A stretch of 64,000 bases of DNA, taken from Phoronis australis (lineage: Eukaryota > Animalia > Phoronida). The position numbers were made by a program, and so were the translations under genes. The stretch covers positions 257,203 to 321,202 of the forward strand of contig NMRA01000169.1 in the NCBI GenBank assembly GCA_002633005.1, written 5' to 3'. Within the stretch, counting starts at the first letter, position 1. Every line of letters starts with the position of its first letter. Below, one piece after another: positions 54,001-63,272 of this stretch. The notes under the pieces are model-generated. The model was not told the DNA's origin. It was given only the letters and a program-made list of their open reading frames with translations, and searched no databases.

Positions 54001-55008
54001 CCGTCTTTCAGAGTCGTGCTTCCTTTCATAAAATACAACTTAGGCAGCCGAAAAGTACACTCATTTTCTCGAATCTCATTGGATGAGAAGCAGTGAATCC
54101 ATGTTTTCAGGTGGTGATGTTGTGCTTGCGGTCCATGAGCTTTGTTTTTCATTGTGAGCCTATGAGCCATGCTTTTTGGGGCTGAAGATACCGTCATGTG
54201 CTCCATTCTGACCAAGAAAGCAGGACTTGTTAACTCGCATAATTTTATAACTCGATTTTTGTGACCATCACAAAATTAAATTAGTCTTTCGACTTGCACC
54301 ACTGTGTGAAACTGGATGTAATAAGGTTATAATGAATTGTATTACCTAAGCAGAACTCGTGCTCAATATTACTTGAACAACAAATGGTACATTCAGTGAA
54401 GCAGAAAAGTCTTATCTATTGGAACTACCATTCTCACAAGATGGTCTTAGATGCTTCTATTTTCTGTTTACGTGAAAAGTAGTGAACCTCACAGTGCAGG
54501 GTTATCAATTAATGAAGCTACCTGTAAGCTATGCTTCAGACCCCTCATAAATTAGAGACCATGGCTCGGAGACACGGGGGGGCACCCCTTGTAAAAGTTG
54601 GGGAAAAATCGGGGGGGAGCTGAAACTAGGTTTTGGTGGGGCAGTTCAAAGCACTCGGACCCACAAACTTCAAATAACTTGGGGCCCCAGATTTTCAGCA
54701 GTGGGGCCTTACAATTCTCTGAGGGCCATCCTTGTGAATCTAGATTTAATGTACTTTGATTTTTTTTTATCAAAAATGACCTATTCTTACTGTAGTGTAG
54801 GTCAGCAGGCCAGTCTATCATCTTGGGTCCATTTATTTTAATTATTTTTATATCATGTTTATCTTTCATTTAGGATTACCAGAAGAAATTTGGAGCAACT
54901 CTTGAAGACATTGAGGAACAACGTCAGACCCATCTGACCGCTGAGGGACGCTGGAACGACAGTTGGCAGGAATCTGTGGAGAAAGTCAAGCAGCTGTACA
55001 GTGCTTAA
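1..55008 (+). CDS. CCDC180: Coiled-coil domain-containing protein 180 (CCDC180/CFAP76)-like gene, 29 coding exons in window, 5'-truncated
   Basis: Manually chained exons have compatible splice phases and give an open 4023-nt frame ending TAA at 55006-55008. Motifs recalled from CCDC180 (DUF4455/DUF4456 regions): MINQAVLSNKRAYADLF, ELDLRLHLHAPRAKRAELDVHHVRAAEL, LFSEGGNFCPEEI, LLRPGLGHP, TTLGH..ARDQTY. Confidence 0.88.
859..954 (+). CDS. CCDC180: CCDC180 exon 2
   Basis: tgcatag| IRLVFEEYAKTLEKISHLMKPDIQRLLDSESQ |gtaata. Confidence 0.88.
1547..1710 (+). CDS. CCDC180: CCDC180 exon 3
   Basis: ttttag| MINQAVLSNKRAYADLFTRLMTADIERE..AVKNF |gtgagt, phase 2. Confidence 0.9.
1794..2348 (+). repeat. 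Three decayed ~75-bp copies of the exon-4 5' end plus acceptor
   Basis: 1794-1870, 1871-1948 and 2276-2348 align to exon 4 (..gtgatcacagctccatctggtgtt..) and each ends in a pyrimidine tract + AG. Confidence 0.75.
2349..2468 (+). CDS. CCDC180: CCDC180 exon 4
   Basis: ctttacag| DFMKSDVITAPSGVNHVLTALIQEQDRINQKRLELINSL |gtacag. Confidence 0.88.
3198..3366 (+). CDS. CCDC180: CCDC180 exon 5
   Basis: tccacag| EMLPPSSTKTRVYQWNDEL..QEMEEVR |gtaagg. Confidence 0.9.
3941..4232. mobile_element. MITE-like element, taaaatctcaccaattt TIR family
   Basis: Left ctaaaatttcaccgatt, right aaattggtgagattttacc; related ends near 10090, 19613, 31905, 39869-40080 and 41898-42084. Confidence 0.55.
4510..4632 (+). 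CDS. CCDC180: CCDC180 exon 6
   Basis: ttttcag| KSLLQSGVCDD..YEAEMEEME |gtgagt. Confidence 0.9.
5547..5720 (+). CDS. CCDC180: CCDC180 exon 7
   Basis: cttccag| KHVEEHTNYMNRQLKSLFKYCQGAAHAWD..DNINQ |gtattt. Confidence 0.9.
6038..7202. mobile_element. Non-autonomous DNA transposon with terminal and subterminal inverted repeats
   Basis: aatagctcacttgcgagttt / aaactcgcaaaaggcctatt termini, and ctgtgacgtcaccggaaagggggcaaaa / ttttgccccacttcccgtgacgtcacag; CpG-rich interior unlike the flanks. Confidence 0.7.
7465..7580 (+). CDS. CCDC180: CCDC180 exon 8
   Basis: ctgtag| EREANLDITMDRMRQD..LTTIKH |gtgagt. Confidence 0.9.
8437..8601. mobile_element. Short MITE with CAGGGGCGGATCC-type termini and 5-bp TSD (TAATG)
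   Basis: taatg|caggggcggatcc..aatccgccacag|taatg; partial inverted copy at about 59537-59600. Confidence 0.7.
8771..8897 (+). CDS. CCDC180: CCDC180 exon 9
   Basis: gtttcag| YEEFHSEQRTLVEEYPTMVQDELNSYD..RRPPE |gtgggg. Confidence 0.88.
9468..9611 (+). CDS. CCDC180: CCDC180 exon 10
   Basis: gttttag| EVNQERQEEADKL..KKKKHDDEDQDDA |gtgagt; possible alternative in-frame donor after 9638. Confidence 0.8.
12932..13136. mobile_element. Foldback MITE / long hairpin (about 85-bp arms)
   Basis: attgagttggctacgttgcgtcctcctc.. is matched by ..gaggaggacgcaacgtagccaactcaat with few mismatches. Confidence 0.85.
13585..14856 (-). CDS. Arrestin domain-containing protein (alpha-arrestin, ARRDC/TXNIP-like), single-exon CDS nested antisense in CCDC180 intron 10
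   Basis: 423-aa ORF. Arrestin-N motifs: YAPGEELKGSVVI, IKGEGTVSW, GVHEFPFYHQLPSNLPSSFIGKYGSVTYLVRA. Arrestin-C motifs: FTPGEDIVISAEISN, IDVSYEL, LPIIIGT. In-frame stop upstream at 14881-14883 and aacATG start context. Confidence 0.93.
   Translation of the reverse strand: MLQYPAGYYSLRTKKIQSVDIALEHDIDEQYQYAPGEELKGSVVIKLNESVKVNNIQLQIKGEGTVSWDHAERNKTCAATETYIDISETLVRSSDGESLLLSKGVHEFPFYHQLPSNLPSSFIGKYGSVTYLVRATMNPERKYGDQTITSEPFLVLRPLDLARYPDKLLSYECDAEKKYYGICCFSGKLKVMLQTNRQAFTPGEDIVISAEISNGSPKLVTALQVSFIMNSIFYAQKEMMTNTQIISKKRDEYELTIGEGRRWNSVHLAIPPYVPETQLDYSRLIDVSYELLFQVELHGCTGMNILLPIIIGTRGLPANFIPMENGIDRRHSKQNPLWHPMEHQQRHDETTLDPETYEPLPEKEDSEIGSINMEDFSYGDDRFQSKAPKANNNYGGARYYAKKKKRQAPTVPSDDRYHESTHL
14900..14918 (-). 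promoter_or_regulatory. Probable 3' splice site in the 5' UTR of the nested arrestin gene
   Basis: Minus strand reads actaacagcattgctacag|gtgc: CTAAC branch-like motif plus YAG, 43 nt upstream of the ATG. Confidence 0.55.
17201..18182. mobile_element. Degenerate TIR element
   Basis: ccgggctttatccagg versus ctgcatgaaggcctgg, imperfect inverted ends. Confidence 0.35.
21800..22140. mobile_element. Degenerate MITE-like element with internal caagtt/aacttg repeats
   Basis: taagtgcagcgtccaca versus tgtggagggcacttt, inverted ends. Confidence 0.4.
23279..23526 (+). CDS. CCDC180: CCDC180 exon 11
   Basis: ctctatag| LPRTPIPLTLVDMMKTAKGTNFYIL..FFEIKK |gtatgt, phase 2. Confidence 0.82.
24440..24521 (+). 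CDS. CCDC180: CCDC180 exon 12
   Basis: ttttcag| IRLNFLDHYEEWVEQAIDRANSVVAAK |gtattg. Confidence 0.9.
25013..25106 (+). CDS. CCDC180: CCDC180 exon 13
   Basis: gttgcag| TEELNSELDLRLHLHAPRAKRAELDVHHVRA |gtgagg. Confidence 0.92.
25912..26092 (+). CDS. CCDC180: CCDC180 exon 14
   Basis: cttacag| ELVMHSERVSRHCKG..INATKSS |gtgagt. Confidence 0.9.
26497..28230 (+). mobile_element. Helentron-associated non-autonomous element (HINE / DINE-1 / pearl-like) with internal tandem array
   Basis: 5' tttttatgcgccca, short hairpin and GTCC-like tract; ten ~150-bp monomers; subterminal IR tgggcgcata; 3' palindrome caacgc-tct-gcgttg then ctttagtt. Confidence 0.78.
28503..28649 (+). CDS. CCDC180: CCDC180 exon 15
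   Basis: tttgcag| LVALQNQLQVELDKF..SNARFIKSF |gtaagt. Confidence 0.9.
29303..29479 (+). CDS. CCDC180: CCDC180 exon 16
   Basis: tttgcag| LFSEGGNFCPEEIEDYRKRLEK..EFED |gtaaca. Confidence 0.92.
30438..30621 (+). CDS. CCDC180: CCDC180 exon 17
   Basis: gtttag| FKNHMIDLIFMEKISRWLTNTQVKIKAEV..PNLDKE |gtattt. Confidence 0.92.
32737..32878 (+). CDS. CCDC180: CCDC180 exon 18
   Basis: tttcag| TVTPSQLKDSL..GIPAVT |gtgagt. Confidence 0.88.
33106..33211 (+). CDS. CCDC180: CCDC180 exon 19
   Basis: gtttcag| ARVGFAADVSLPNVSKPGRQPIEDPCVGTIKNIL |gtaaga. Confidence 0.87.
34020..34111 (+). CDS. CCDC180: CCDC180 exon 20
   Basis: gtttcag| TQRSKARFGPDADLDGENLPQPQNPTGGAT |gtaagt. Confidence 0.85.
34824..35106 (-). 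mobile_element. 5'-truncated RTE-clade LINE 3' end with (GAGAT)n tail
   Basis: Minus frame RCTEWQPRYGERSRGRPQARWRDDI..WIRAARDRTSWKALSEGYILQW*, a typical RTE C-terminus; (atctc)n at 34824-34852; internal ~64-bp duplication. Confidence 0.8.
35745..35870 (-). mobile_element. tRNA-derived SINE head (degenerate)
   Basis: Minus strand tggctcagctaa (A-box-like) and ggttccaatccc (B-box-like). Confidence 0.5.
36329..36482 (+). CDS. CCDC180: CCDC180 exon 21
   Basis: ttctgtag| DRDKSKSGMSRVSATSKG..KRQSS |gtaagt; Ser/Lys-rich linker. Confidence 0.85.
38469..38758. mobile_element. ~290-bp MITE, GGTCTGTTTCA-terminus family
   Basis: gtgtctgtttcat / atgaaacagaccac inverted ends, gacttaag sub-repeats. Confidence 0.6.
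40778..40934 (+). CDS. CCDC180: CCDC180 exon 22
   Basis: tcttcag| QPSNVRRSIKLKYDRRFLVFGE..GLLAASE |gtaggt. Confidence 0.9.
41898..42084. mobile_element. MITE, taaaatctcaccaattt TIR family
   Basis: taaaatctcaccaattt / aaattgatgagattttacag. Confidence 0.55.
43745..43889 (+). CDS. CCDC180: CCDC180 exon 23 (copy A)
   Basis: gtttcag| LYYRQKGPRLVTRPQALQETFDQCAEIICTKLQSY..QCLQ |gtaagc; 145 nt. Confidence 0.8.
44967..45111 (+). CDS. CCDC180: CCDC180 exon 23 (copy B, duplicate; probably the other allele)
   Basis: Identical to 43745-43889 except ACT>GCT (T>A); lies in the block after the N at 44691. Confidence 0.7.
46256..46430 (+). repeat. Minisatellite, 37-bp unit (ataacactacaatgggccatgcggagctatttgtatt) preceded by shorter variants
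   Basis: About five tandem copies visible. Confidence 0.85.
46541..46838. mobile_element. ~300-bp MITE, GGTCTGTTTCA-terminus family
   Basis: gagtctgtttcatggaatgtgacttaag .. ttcatgaggcaggccc. Confidence 0.5.
46953..47113 (+). CDS. CCDC180: CCDC180 exon 24 (GC donor)
   Basis: ctcctag| FRGQLWKLEHLVERIP..ELDKRK |gcaaga; phase 0 matches next exon. Confidence 0.8.
48299..48436 (+). CDS. CCDC180: CCDC180 exon 25
   Basis: gttacag| FDHKNLLRPGLGHPHY..HITILQ |gtgagt. Confidence 0.9.
49198..49400 (+). mobile_element. tRNA-derived SINE (degenerate)
   Basis: A-box-like tgctcagtgg and B-box ggttcaaatcc; no intact cloverleaf; right boundary approximate. Confidence 0.55.
50104..50215 (+). CDS. CCDC180: CCDC180 exon 26
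   Basis: tttcag| EVTTEHAQTFVDKL..LLTIDDVDRG |gtatgc. Confidence 0.9.
51563..51862. mobile_element. ~300-bp MITE, GGTCTGTTTCA-terminus family
   Basis: ggggtctgtttcttgaattgtgacttaag .. gataaaacagtcccc. Confidence 0.6.
52134..52250 (+). CDS. CCDC180: CCDC180 exon 27
   Basis: tttgaag| VPPKKYPTSELIRRKNAG..RGKATWN |gtgagt. Confidence 0.87.
52732..53301. mobile_element. Tourist-like (PIF/Harbinger) MITE, 570 bp, TTA TSD
   Basis: tta|gggctgttccagtaaaatctgtatgggagg.. and ..cctcccacacagattttgctggaacagccc|tta; ~40-bp TIR. Confidence 0.85.
53497..53670 (+). repeat. Degenerate (GAT/GGT)n low-complexity tract
   Basis: Repeated gatg/ggtg triplets; gives rise to the spurious M/V/T-rich ORF. Confidence 0.75.
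53737..53864 (+). CDS. CCDC180: CCDC180 exon 28
   Basis: ttcacag| VVKNELVVG..VTTVKTTLGHSGTLKARDQTYK |gtaagg. Confidence 0.9.
54874..55008 (+). CDS. CCDC180: CCDC180 exon 29 (terminal coding exon)
   Basis: catttag| DYQKKFGATLEDIEEQRQ..RWNDSWQESVEKVKQLYSA*. Confidence 0.9.
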   Translation, partial: DYQKKFGATLEDIEEQRQTHLTAEGRWNDSWQESVEKVKQLYSA

Positions 55009-56259
55009 TGTACCCGCTGGGCTATAGGTGGCATTGGTTATGCTTAGTGTGCTAGTCTTTATAGAAAGCAGGCGTATTGCATTGTGAACATGCTGTCCTA
55101 TGGGTGGCGTGTTTACTTCCTAGGTGTACTAAATGGATGTCATGCACAGTTCAATGTTTAATTATTTGTTACTAGTTTATTCAGTGTGCAAAAATTGACA
55201 TCGGTGTTATTACTTCTCTATTGGTGCAAAAGGTGGCAGTGGAGTGCAGTTCACTGTTGCACCATGGAAGGTAGTTTTATGCTTTCAGCTGGTAATGAAG
55301 TCACTTCTTGTGTTATAAAAATGTGTTATTGTATTATAATTGAGTGAGAATATAGCATATATTCTTTTGAACAACATACTCTTCGTTTTACTTACTTTGA
55401 AAGCTTTTAATGATTTTTATACTTGTAAGCATGCAGTGAAAACATATTCTCTTTCAAAATCGTTCAAGCCCTCTATAAACCATGTAGACAAATACAATAG
55501 CTCATTTGCTCTTTCACAGAAAGGTCATGGTATTCTTATGTTTTTTTTGAAATGAAATTAGAAGCTCTAGAATCAATCACAATTGTTTACTGTATGTAGT
55601 CCTTGGGCTGGTTACAAGAAACTGACTTAAGTTCAATTTTGACTTGAGTCTAAAATTTGTCTCAACTTCCAAACTTTGAAATTTCCACATTCAGCAAGTT
55701 AGCCAAAATTAAGACTAAACTTAAGTCAAACTTGAGATCTTTTTCTTGAAACGGACTTAAGATAAATTCAAGTTTTATCATAAAATTGACTGAAATTACT
55801 GAAATTTAAGATTTGTCTTAGCTCAGTCAGTTTTCCTGAAGGGGAACCCAATTTACAATTATATGCAACTTTACAAAGATAAAAGCTCCGTTATAAGCTC
55901 TAATGTTCTTATAATATAAGAGTTGTGGGCTATTTAGCTCACACTTTGAAATCAACTAACTACTCCTGCATCATCTGTCGTTTTAATCACTAAATTTCTG
56001 TGCACATCTCCAAGGATGGGGCAGCGACACAAATTCTTTCACTCTCCGGTGAACCGCCACGCAGCCCGGTTCAATATAAAGCCTGTGCAATAAGCAACTA
56101 TATGGAGAAAATATTTCCCTCAGATCCGGGGTATGAATAGTACAGGTATTTTCAAACTGCAGCTCTGTTTTGATGAGTATAATAAAATAGATTTTTAGTC
56201 AAATTTTTGAAATAAGAGGAGACAGTGTGGTCTAGTAGAATAAGTATTCGCTTCCTTTA

Positions 56260-56799
56260 CTCAAGGTCGTGTGTTCCGAGTACCACTGGGACACCTACTG
56301 TCAAGTTAATAGGAACACAATTGCAAAATTTCAAAAACTTCTTGCACAAGGGGTTTAGAAGATACATCTATAAATTCGAAATGTCACTAGGGGGCACCAC
56401 AGTAGTTGGACACGTTAGTCATGCTCTTGTCAGATGGAGTACGTGGTGCCAATTTACGTAATGATCCTTTTCGTGGTGTGACAGATACAGACTCAAAGAT
56501 AATTAAAATGGCCACTAGTCGGTGCAGAATACGTCGATTTCAAAAGGTGCTGTCGTCTTCATAATAGAAAAAAACAAATTTGCATTAGGGGGCACGCCGG
56601 TAGTCAGACTCGTCCGAAAATTTGCTCACGCCGTCCCATCCCTGAAAGGAATATATGTGCAGAAGTTCATGAACATTCATTGAAGGGTTCTGGAGACAGA
56701 GCAGCGGAGACCGGACACCGCACTCCGGACGGACGGATGGACGGACGGACAAGGATGGCGGCATAACTTGAATGCGCCCCCATATGAATATGTGAGGGG
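56260..56799 (-). mobile_element. Second, truncated HINE-like copy related to 26497-28230
   Basis: Minus strand cacatattcatatgggggcgcatt..(gtcc)n..gtgccccctaatg aligns to the 5' module of the 26.5-kb element; left boundary approximate. Confidence 0.72.
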
Positions 56800-59700
56800 A
56801 CCAGCGCAATGGGTCCACCTGAGCGGCCTACACACGTATGGTATAACGTGTATCAGAAAGTCTGCAATTACTTTCTTTTAGAATTATTAATTAAAGAGTA
56901 CCAATTTATTTTGAATGTTACAGTCAATTAGTCTCTGATGAAATTTTAATACGAATAAATCTACATGCATGTCGTCTACACATTCAGAAGCATCCACACA
57001 ATGTGTCAAGTTAATTGTTGTTGCTGCCGTCCTCACAGTATTGTAACACTGATGTCTATGAGGGTCCATCTGAGGCAGTCTTGTCCAGTAGATAAAAGCC
57101 TTTAACATATAGAAAGTATACAGCATATATCTTCCGCTCTCGGCGATCAAACAAGGAATTCTGACGGTCATACTGCTTCGACAGCTGGAAGTAGCCCTCG
57201 TGGCAAATTTAATGAACCTGGTCTGGAGCAATGACAACGAGCTGCCAGTTCTTATCAAGCGTATAAATCGTTTCTAGTCGGAGTACAGAACAAAGTGAGA
57301 TTAAAGTGGCCTAAATTAAAGTTCGTTTTTGACAGAAGACGCGGTTTATTACACCTTTATTTGTTAAAGCTATAGGCGACTCGATATTCGCTGGGTGGTA
57401 ATGAATACAGATCCGTTTTTTCATCTGAATCGATTGAGAGTAGTTTATCAGCAACGAAGGCATTTATGTAATAAGGGGCCCACGTGGTTTACCTAGATGC
57501 AGGTATTTCTGAAGGAAGATCATTTGCGTCACCTGCGACACCTATTGAGTAAATCATTTTAACTTAAAAGTTGTTTATTCCACTAGTTCAACCATAGCCA
57601 CGTCGATGAGCAAAACGAAGAACAGCATTGGCGGCTAACCTTTTGAAGGAGCTATGCCATGTTCCGGTGTCTAAAATAAATTTCTTCGCAGGTGTTTTTT
57701 TATTCTTCCAAAGCAGTTATAAAATTCTTATAGCTATGTCACACCAATCCCGTTCTCAGATACATACGGGCTGGGGTCGGGCAGAAACGGCGGCCAATTT
57801 CCTTCATGAGACAGGGCCTATATTCCCCTTGACTCGTGAATTGAAACCTGTGACAGTATAACGTCTAGGTGCAACTCAATTGGTGACGATGACATTTTTG
57901 ACAAAGCTTGATTGCCTGAAATTCTGTGACATTTTGATAATTCTGTGACAAAATGTGAGAAATTTGCAAAGCCAAGTAGGCTGGTAGTGTTTTATTGGTT
58001 TACAGTTATTTCATGCTGCACTGAGGTGGTGATTCATATTTTCACAAATTATAAAATTTAGATATTAATTGTTGCCACTGACAAATATTGTGTCTAGTAC
58101 ATGTGATACAAACAAACGGTTGAGGTGATGTGATTTATATATGCAAAGAGCACCAAATAGCTGTGACAGTTGAGACTTCCTTGCAACATCTGGAAAGTTT
58201 TGAGATGTGACTAATTGTGGCTTGCGATTAAATACGAATTCATTCTCTGATACTGTTTCGGCCACAATAAGCAGGTTAAGGTGAGCCCGTCGACTGTACG
58301 ACCTGAAACAATAACTATCTTCAGTTTCTTTCAAGTCTAGACATCGGTTCTATTCTGTATAAGGAGCAAAATGAGGTCAATATCTTAACGCTTAGATCAA
58401 AAGTTCTTTTAGCCCGATGGCGCGGCTTTATGACAACTTAAAAGCAGCTGCACCAGGAAGGTAACTTATGATATAGACCGTTTACCGTTATAAAATTGGT
58501 CTCGACTTAATTGGGTGTGATTTTTGAGTTTGCAAGGCACTCTGTCAGTTCGGTATTCCCTATTTTGAGACCATTCCCCACTCATGAATGGCCCCCGTGA
58601 CAAGCAACTTGTAGACCCTTGTCGCAAGCACTAAATAGCAGTTAGTTTACCTCAAGTTCGAACAATTCTGAGACCAATTTCATAAATTTTAAAGCTCTAG
58701 ACCCATTTTTAACGGAAGACAGATTTATACCCGCTTCCAATTTTGAACTGACAGTTTTTTCATACCCCTGAGTCTGAAGAGCATTCAAAGCATAAAATGT
58801 CAAGTTTAAAGCTCGGATTTCCACGAACAATAAATGCAGTTGAAATCCCGCTGGTCATAGATTGATTCCGTATGACGTCACAGAGTAAGTGTAAGTTACT
58901 TTAGGGCGAGATTCAAACAGCTGATCAAATTGGAGGACTGAGGTGCACCTGGCCAACATATAGAGCATAACAAAACGATGGTAATATTAATAATCATGAT
59001 TATTTAACAGACGAAACACGGGGTGTGAACTGCATCGAGGCCTAGCTCGCACGATCGGCAAAAGGATTCTAGTAAATAATTACGTACCATGTCTGTGCGC
59101 CATATTTCCTAATCCCTTTCAATTAAGGGGTACCGCAGCACACGAGTTTGCCTTTCAACAGGCAAACTAGTAATGTTCATAGCGACACCGCTATGAAGCC
59201 TGTTGATTTTCAACAGTGGATTGTTTCGACACTGACTCCCAGTTACGCCTCGTACCATAATTACATTTGTGAAGTTGTGAACTAACACAAATGAAAAACC
59301 AGTAAAGCGGAAGTATTAAAACACCAACAGATTATCTAATGTTATTTCGAACGTTGATTTCACTGAAAACTGCTGCATGAGTATACTTTACCAAATTATC
59401 GGGCTGGGTCCTGGGGGAAGCAAACGGCTGCTGCAAGCACGTTACAAAGCACTTGAGCCGACGTCGCTACCGCATTAGCACACAAAGGCCAAATGCGCCG
59501 CTAATTCAACGCGGTTTTTAATTGAATTTGTGCGTCGAGCAGATTTAGGGGAAGCAAGATGGCCATGGTCTCCCCCCCCCCCCTAAAATTCTCCCAGAAC
59601 ACTCAGTTAAAATTGTTTTCATTTCTGGGCAGTAGTCAGTTGCAAAGGTCACGGATTTTGAAAATCAGTTTGATGACCGTTATTCAGTGGAACAAACTGC

Positions 59701-62700
59701 TACTCAGAATGCGGGCGACCATTTCTGTAGCTAACTAGCTGAGCACAGCCTAGTGATGATTATGGCATTCTGATGCTGGGCATGTAATTAAACCCAGTGA
59801 GCGCGGAGTATCATCAACAGAAACTGCATGGGTGCAGCAGATGCTCGCACTATACTCTTATGTTCGGCGACAAGATTAAGTGCTCCAGTAAGCTATTTCG
59901 TAACATAACTTGTAGTGGAAAAACTTCCATGCAATTTACGGCATTTGAAAATGTTCAAGTGTCCAGGGTGATCGTGATCAAATGTTGATTGTCTTGGTTG
60001 ACCTTTTTGCAAATCACCTTGTCATCCATATTCATATCTTCAGGTTTTAATTCGTTAATTCACCTGAACTACTATTAAATAAAATAATAATTTCTTTCAC
60101 TAAGATACTCGGTAATAGCCCATGATTTGTCTACCCTTCAAGTCATATTGTTGTGAAGTCTACTGCAAGTTTCATCAGCGATAAGCATTTTCCTTTTTTG
60201 TTCCCTGTATATCGTTCATCGACATTGGAAGTGCATCGTACCTCTTTCGTTCACAAGTCACAACCAATTTTCGTAGGACAAATATGGTGGATTATCGTTG
60301 TGTTAACATATTCCCGCTACCACTGGCTGGAACTATTAGCTTGATTGACATGTCTGAACTATCCATATTGGAGACCTTAATAATAGATGTTCTGCATGTC
60401 AGCTGGTATCAAGGTAACAGCATTCAATAGAGGCTACAAAGTGAAATTCGCCAAAATATCTTACCACCATTTATCAAATTACCTTGAACGTTGCAGGAGT
60501 CCCCAAAGCGCAGAACTTTTGTCACCCGGCGGTTGGTGGTGCGTCCGAGGGAGTACGACTGCCAGTGTTACACCGTGGGAGTGACTATCTGGGTCGAAGT
60601 AAACCCTAGCATGTACTCAGAGAATTTCTTAGCACTAGTCCCTCTGGTATACACCGATGAGGCTAGCATACATGTAGTTTTCCTTTGGTAACAACCTGTA
60701 GGGCCTAGACTAGGGGAGCTATAAAGGTATGTATGACCCCCTTTGTCATGGCAAAATAATGCCGCCGAAATGCTATTTTTAGAGTCTACGAAGACATTTT
60801 TTTTCAGAAAATAGAGATAGTTGCATCCAACCTGACAGCAACCTAGCCAACGCAAAAAATATGTGGACACACTGGACATCTGAAGTTACGGTATATTTGG
60901 TAATGACCATAATAGTCGACAGTTTTTCATGTTAGAAACTTGTACTCGGCCTCCTCTGAACCCCTTGTTGAACATTTTAGTCCGGCCCGTCATTAAACCT
61001 GTGATTCGGAAGTGGCATTCCATGAGCGCTATTCTGTAACATAGAACTAGCATAAGTTTCAGAATGTTGGCCCTAAGGGTTGCTGCCAGAACAGACCTAT
61101 GCTAGGCGACTTTTCACGAATAGTTTCGCTACGAAAGGATGACTTTCCTATTTAATCCCATTCCTACAAAAAAAAAACATTTCGGGAGATAGAAGGTGTC
61201 AGGGTACCATTTTCCTACAATACTACAAATTTTACAGCAGCCAGGGTTTTAAAGTATTTAAAATTTTAAAACTCTGATCTGTTGTAATGTGTGCTCTTTC
61301 TTGAAAGCTGTCATGTCATCTCTTCTGCTGTTTCAAAATTAAGACGACAGCTTTGAAAGCTGAAAAATACCAGTTACGAACAGGTGATTAGTGGAAATAA
61401 ACTGCAACAAAAGGGTAGTGTTTTTGGACAAAAACTATTCAAAAGGGTGACGTTTTCACAAAACTCCTTACAAACCAAGGCCCGTTTTCGAACCCCACTC
61501 TAAATTTGTGAGTATCTTATAATTTTCAGTTGCACCCCCCGCCCCTTCAAAAATACAGTAGCGATACCCCGAGGTTGACTAGTCATTATTGTATTTATTC
61601 AATGTCCAAATTCAGGATTTCGTCTACGTGGCATGCAGTTTGGAAGCAGTGTCTAAACGATGATTATTGGTTTGGAGGAGTTTCGTTGAATGTTTCGCTT
61701 AATTGTTTTGCCGGCATTTTCTGACACGTCACCCGCTGCCACAATCAATGACAGAGCCCAGCAGTCACCGACGGCGAAGCAGACGGCAAGAATCAATTGT
61801 TTCTGTGTGACCTGAACGAAAGTCGTATTAAGTGATGGCAATGATAATTAGAGCTTTTTAACTTGTGACCAGCCGATCAATGAATCACGACAATTGAACA
61901 GCTACACGCATTATTGTAGATTCATTACTACTTGATTCGTACATATCGATTTAAGTTAGAGTCCACTGTCAGTCTGAAAGGGGTGCAAAGATATCGTTTC
62001 TGAAAAATTGAGGTAGGCCCTACTGTGAAAGGGAAGACGAAAATGCAAAATTCATTGCAAAGCAGTGTCGAATGCCAAAACGACATAAAGTATTCTTTTC
62101 AGGCTTACTTCATGCGAAGTCGCCGTTACCTCGACATAGTGTTTGCTTGATACCCTGGCACCCCTCATCTCAACTTCTACCTCTTGATCAGTGTTGATCA
62201 CTCTGCTCATACGTTTGGCCAGTTCGTATAGTGTACTGACGACAACACGGAACGAGTTATATTAAGTCCATCCACACTCGTGATTAGATCGCCGAGAAAA
62301 ATCACGAGTCAGTCTATAGTCTCAAAAGCTACAACAGTTTGTGTGGAATCCCTATTCGGAGGTCTATCTACAAGTCAACGACCAGACGGTGAGTAGAATA
62401 CGAGCACTCTGTCACGGGATCTAATCGAGTATTTATGTTTTTAATAAACCTCTGGGACAATTCATTGCCAGAGTTCACTGTTATTATGTACATGACCTAT
62501 ATATAACTACATTGAGCTGAACTTGTGTAAAGGCGTCTTGTATGGGGCCTGTCTCGCCTGGTAGTCCCATGCACACCGACGAGTCGGTAACATTCATTAA
62601 CAGCAGTCCCTCATTTTGAGAACCATTTTTCCACTGAATGACGGAAAACAAGCTGCTTTTCACAATCCGGGTAGTCCAGTGACTGTTGCCGACGAATTGA

Positions 62701-63272
62701 TGGTGCTGGAATCAAAGTTCAAATTGAAGGTTTTAATTGTCTCGGTGTATGATCCAACACATAACATTTGGACGGACGTACTACGAGGTCCTGCCAGTCG
62801 TTTATTGACTCGAACGTGTATGTAGTTTGTTATTATTTGGAAAACCTGTTGCAATAACCAGAACAAGTTCCCACTAGGTGTATGGCCATTGTGTATTCAC
62901 GGACCCAACAATTATCAGTACGTGCACTCTGGTCATTTCGAAACACTTGAGCTCACTGGCAACTGAACTCACACATATGGCCATACAATGTGAAAACACT
63001 GAACAATAATTTCTCAGTAGATAAAGACTTGGGAAAATACTACGCGATCCAACCAGATGCATACAAACAGAGTCGTCGAACTGACTCAAAACATAGTTCT
63101 GACTTGTAAATAGGCCTATATTTATTTCACTGATGTCGTCTGCTTTGAACTTGAAATGACAGGCGGAACTCCATTCTGTGCTGTAATAAGGCCCCATGTA
63201 CATCGGTATTACATCTGTCCGTATCGCCTGTAATTAAACTTTCAACTTCAGGGCTTTGGACCCGTACTAAAA

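Noticed and set aside
56887-57258. 123-aa minus-strand ORF as a stand-alone gene
   Set aside because: It has a TTG start, no recognisable domain and no splice signals linking it to other exons.
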